Assembly (NCBI GenBank): GCA_035221665.1
Contig: CM069160.1
Span: 30,628,001-30,692,000 of the forward strand
Length of the DNA: 64,000 nucleotides
Direction of reading: 5' to 3'
Source: Okamejei kenojei
Taxonomy: Eukaryota
A program made the position numbers and the translations under genes. The first letter of the stretch is position 1. Every line of letters starts with the position of its first letter. Below are positions 60,613-64,000 of this stretch, piece after piece. The notes under the pieces were generated by a model. That model was given only the letters and a program-made list of their open reading frames with translations, searched no databases and was not told the origin of the DNA.

Positions 60613-62314
60613 AATCTTGTTGTTCCTTGCAATTCTTTTTATTATAAAATGCTTGGGAGGAGATCATGATTCCCCGGAGATATGCTTTAAATGTTTCCAT
60701 AATAAGGAGCAAGATATTTCCGGTTGATCATTTATTTCGAAAAAAATAAATTTGTGCTGTGATATATTCCTGAGTAGTTTTATTTTTTTTTAATTTGTGG
60801 GTTAAATCTCCACTGTCCTGATTTTTTCTGTTTTACCATTTATTTTGATCTTAAATGTTAATGGTGCATGATCTGAAATTATAATATTGTGATATTTGGA
60901 TTCATAAGTAAGTGAGATACGTTTTGCATCCACAAAAAAAATAGTCTACTCTTGAGTAGGTTTTATGTACTGGCGAATAAAAGGAGTATTCTCGTCCAGT
61001 AGGGTTTTCTATTCTCCAAACATCTTTAATATTAGTAGTTTCCATGTATGCGTTTAATAAGTCACTGGAATGTGATTTAGTTTTCCTTTGCCTTGTAGAT
61101 CTGTCTAAATAGGGGTCTAGTGTACAATTAAAATCTCCTCCAATTATTAAATTGTATTGTGTTAGTTCCGGAATATTGTTAAATACTTTCTTGAAAAACA
61201 ATGGGCTATCAAAAGTTGGTCCATATATATTAACAAAAATCATTTTTTGTGTGTTTAATTCTCCTATCACAATAATGTATCTGCCATCTTTATCAGTTAT
61301 AGTTGATGTATGCTTAAATAAAGTACCTTTACGAAGTAATATTGCTACGCCTCTTGATTTTATGCGTGAAAGAAGAGTGATACATTTTATCTATCCATTA
61401 GCTTTCAACCTATGTTCAGCATCTTTTTTTAAGTGAGTTTTCTTGAATGAAAATTACGTCAGCTTTAATTGCCTTTAAATGTGCAATACTTTTCCTCTTT
61501 TAATCGGTTCATTAATACCTTTAACATTCCAACTACAGAATGTTATTCCCTCATTCCCCGTATTCATTTTTGAGTCTTGCATCTTTTGTTTATGGAGGTC
61601 TACGATTAGAGTCTATGGTTCAGCCCGACAGACCCGACCTTACACCCGAAACATCGAATAGATGAATTTTAAGTCTCGTGTATGTCTCTCACGAAATATT
61701 ATCTCATTTGGTCCAATGTATAACTCCATTCAAACTGAAAAACACAATTAGATTATATAAAGAAAAGGCAAAAAGTTTAAAGTGGTGGTATACTAGGTTG
61801 AGAGATTAGTGTTGTGCATAAAGAAAGAAAAAAAAATCTACATCTAGAATTGTTTGCAGTTGTTTACTATAGCATTTTGTGCCTAATTTTCGATGATTAC
61901 CAGCATCTTGCAGTTCCTTCTTACACATGATAAAATATCGTTATCTGATTCAGGAATATGTATGATGTACAGCAAACAAAGCCATCTCCGATAATAAAAA
62001 AAAGATTCAATTCCTGTAAATGGTTTGTTATTTTCAATAGGCAAACGTTTTCCTTTATGAGAAACAAATGAGACACAGGAGAAGTGATAATGGGAATAAA
62101 GAAATTGGCAGAGGAAGAATGAAGAACTTTTGTTGCAACAGCCTTCACAGTGGATGGACAACAGCAACGTGCCTGAAATTTCAAGAGAGTCAGGGCGTGG
62201 GAAGTTAGTGGAGTGGCTCTGACCAAGGAGATAAAAAAAAAAAAATTTTCTGTGTGGGGGGCGGGGGGGGGGGGGGGGGAGACCTTATTAAAACATCCCC
62301 ATATGAAAGATTTG

Positions 62315-62665
62315 GATAGTGGATGTGGAGACATGTTTCCACAGTGGGAGAGTCCAGGACAGAGGTCATAGCCTCAGAATTAAAGGACGTTTCTTTAGGA
62401 AGGAGATGAGGAGGAATTTCCTCACTCAGGGCTGTGAATCTGTAGATTTCTTCACACAGAAGGCTGTGGAGGCCAAGTCGATGGATATTTTTAGGCGGAG
62501 ATAGATAGATTCTTGATTAGTACGGGTGTCAAGAGTTATGGGGAGAAGGCAGGAGAAAGGGGTTTAGAGAGAGAGATAGATCAGCCATGATTGGATAGCG
62601 AAGTAGATTTGATGGGCCGAATGGCTTAATTCTGTATCTATCACTTATGCCCTTATGACCTTATA
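62315..62665 (+). mobile_element. CR1 3' fragment
   Basis: GHSLRIKGR.FRKEMRRNF; gatgggccgaatggc end; (ttatgacc)n tail. Confidence 0.85.
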
Positions 62666-64000
62666 ACACATTTAAGTTACTAAGTGGGCCAGGCAACATC
62701 TCTGGAGAACATGGACACTTCTGGAGATCCATCTTCTCCAGAGATGCTGCCTGACTCGCTGAGTCACTCCAGCACTTTGTGGATTTTTGTAAACAAGCAT
62801 CTGCTGTTTCTCGTGTCTATATAGCTTCCTTTTGGTTTTTTTCAGAAATCGATTCACGGAGCAACGACGCCGTCTGATGGTCACAAAAATGCGGGGAATA
62901 ACTCAGCGGAACAGGCAGCATCTCTGGATGGAAGGAATGCGTGACGTATCTCGTCAGGACCCTTCTTCAGACTGAAATTCAAGGAACGAGGGGGACGTAA
63001 ACGTTTTTGGAAGGGTAAGGTGTGAAAACAAGAGATCAAAGGGGACCCAAGTAGACGCCTCTCCACATTCAATCGGCGTCTTCACGTATTTGATCTCATG
63101 CTCTTTATTCTTTGTTTCTATTTGTTCTATTTGGTGCATCATCCAGGGCACCGCCGCCCACCACCTCGCCAACCACCGCGTTGTGAATCTGTGGAATTCT
63201 CAGTTATACAATAGACAATCTGTACGATTACCCAATGTCTCATTCTGACCACTTCCTGTCGACGTTGTAAATACATTTTAGAAAAAAAAACGCTACGCTA
63301 TATTGCGATGATTTTTCGCCATGTTACTCACCGTCCCCCTCTCCTCCAACCGCCCTAATGATTTTTCCGATTGGTGAAATAATTAAAAAGTTATGAATGT
63401 TTACAAAAACGTGAGATTAGCAGATTGGTCTTCTCGCCTGTCCGTCACCATTATGAAGGTAACGCCCCTTCCGCGGGAAGGGGCAGAAGAATAAAGCCCT
63501 GGAGGCCTGAAGTGAGTCAGTCACCCTGGAAAACAGTGAGTGAGAGTCGAGTCCAGAACTGTGAGTCTACGCCGTGAGTGAACTCAACTGTGAGTCTGCA
63601 CTGTGCATGAAGTGAATGGTTGGTCTGAACCGTCAAAGTAAACTTTATTGTCAATTCAAATAATGCAACAAGTAGTTACACAGAGGATTGAAATTGCGTT
63701 TCCCCATACTCCAAATGTGCAAGTAATATTTATTTATAACACAGACAGACAATCTACCATTAAAAATACCATTAAAAAAATACCATTAAAAATAGACATT
63801 ATATAGTGTGCCAGAGTCTAGTAACATTTTGAGGTATGTTATTAAAGTGCAATAATAAAAGGTACAGTATAGAAAAGTGCAAATAGCAAACTGCAGACAT
63901 TGAGTTAAAGTTATTTGACAGTCAGTTGATCTTTGTTTGTGTAATGTTCATGGAATTTTCTTGAGTGAGTTGAGTAGCCTGATGGCGCTGAGGGAAAAGC

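Larger units (their letters stand above)
54808..61900 (-). mobile_element. L1-clade LINE, near-complete degraded ORF2, interrupted by Penelope and CR1 insertions
   Basis: ATG at 61582; TFCSWNVKGI; VNIYGP..IIGGDFN..DVWR..YSF.S.VH.TYSRVDY; SLDAEKAFD (~57345); QGSP.SPL; ISLYAD; GGL.LPN; T-run (polyA) at ~54808-54823. Confidence 0.9.

Noticed and set aside
62846-62880. Possible TRIM exon 2 (ttttttcag...gt)
   Set aside because: About 34 nt, weak donor, and no similarity to the expected ~96-nt coiled-coil exon.

Overview
Repeat-dense vertebrate genomic DNA. The repeat families (HE1-type V-SINE, HER1/CR1 LINEs, Rex1, Penelope, L1, DIRS) and the TRIM subtype point to a cartilaginous fish, probably a skate or ray (inference). 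There are four N-gaps, and the 1-10 kb, 36-46 kb and 47-60 kb regions look like low-accuracy sequence. Three host genes lie on the + strand, and the ORF track shows them only in pieces. (1) The last five exons of a divergent carnitine O-acetyltransferase-like gene (123-6977), carrying many small indels, an STS->STG change and no C-terminal PTS1. (2) A complete seven-coding-exon butyrophilin-like gene (signal peptide-IgV-IgC-TM-two 27-nt exons-B30.2; 17366-33340; 487 aa as spliced by eye). (3) The RING/B-box exon of a shark-type TRIM gene (46230-46652) behind a ~6 kb polypyrimidine tract. Four observations stand out. A ~0.9 kb inverted segmental duplication brackets the three butyrophilin ectodomain exons, and their back-spliced 693-nt circle would be a stop-free in-frame ORF. 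Many Penelope-derived short elements carry a minimal hammerhead-ribozyme core. The CRAT-BTN-TRIM linkage suggests an MHC or MHC-paralogon segment. A four-layer nested transposon stack still has readable target-site duplications. All family assignments are by motif recognition, not database search.
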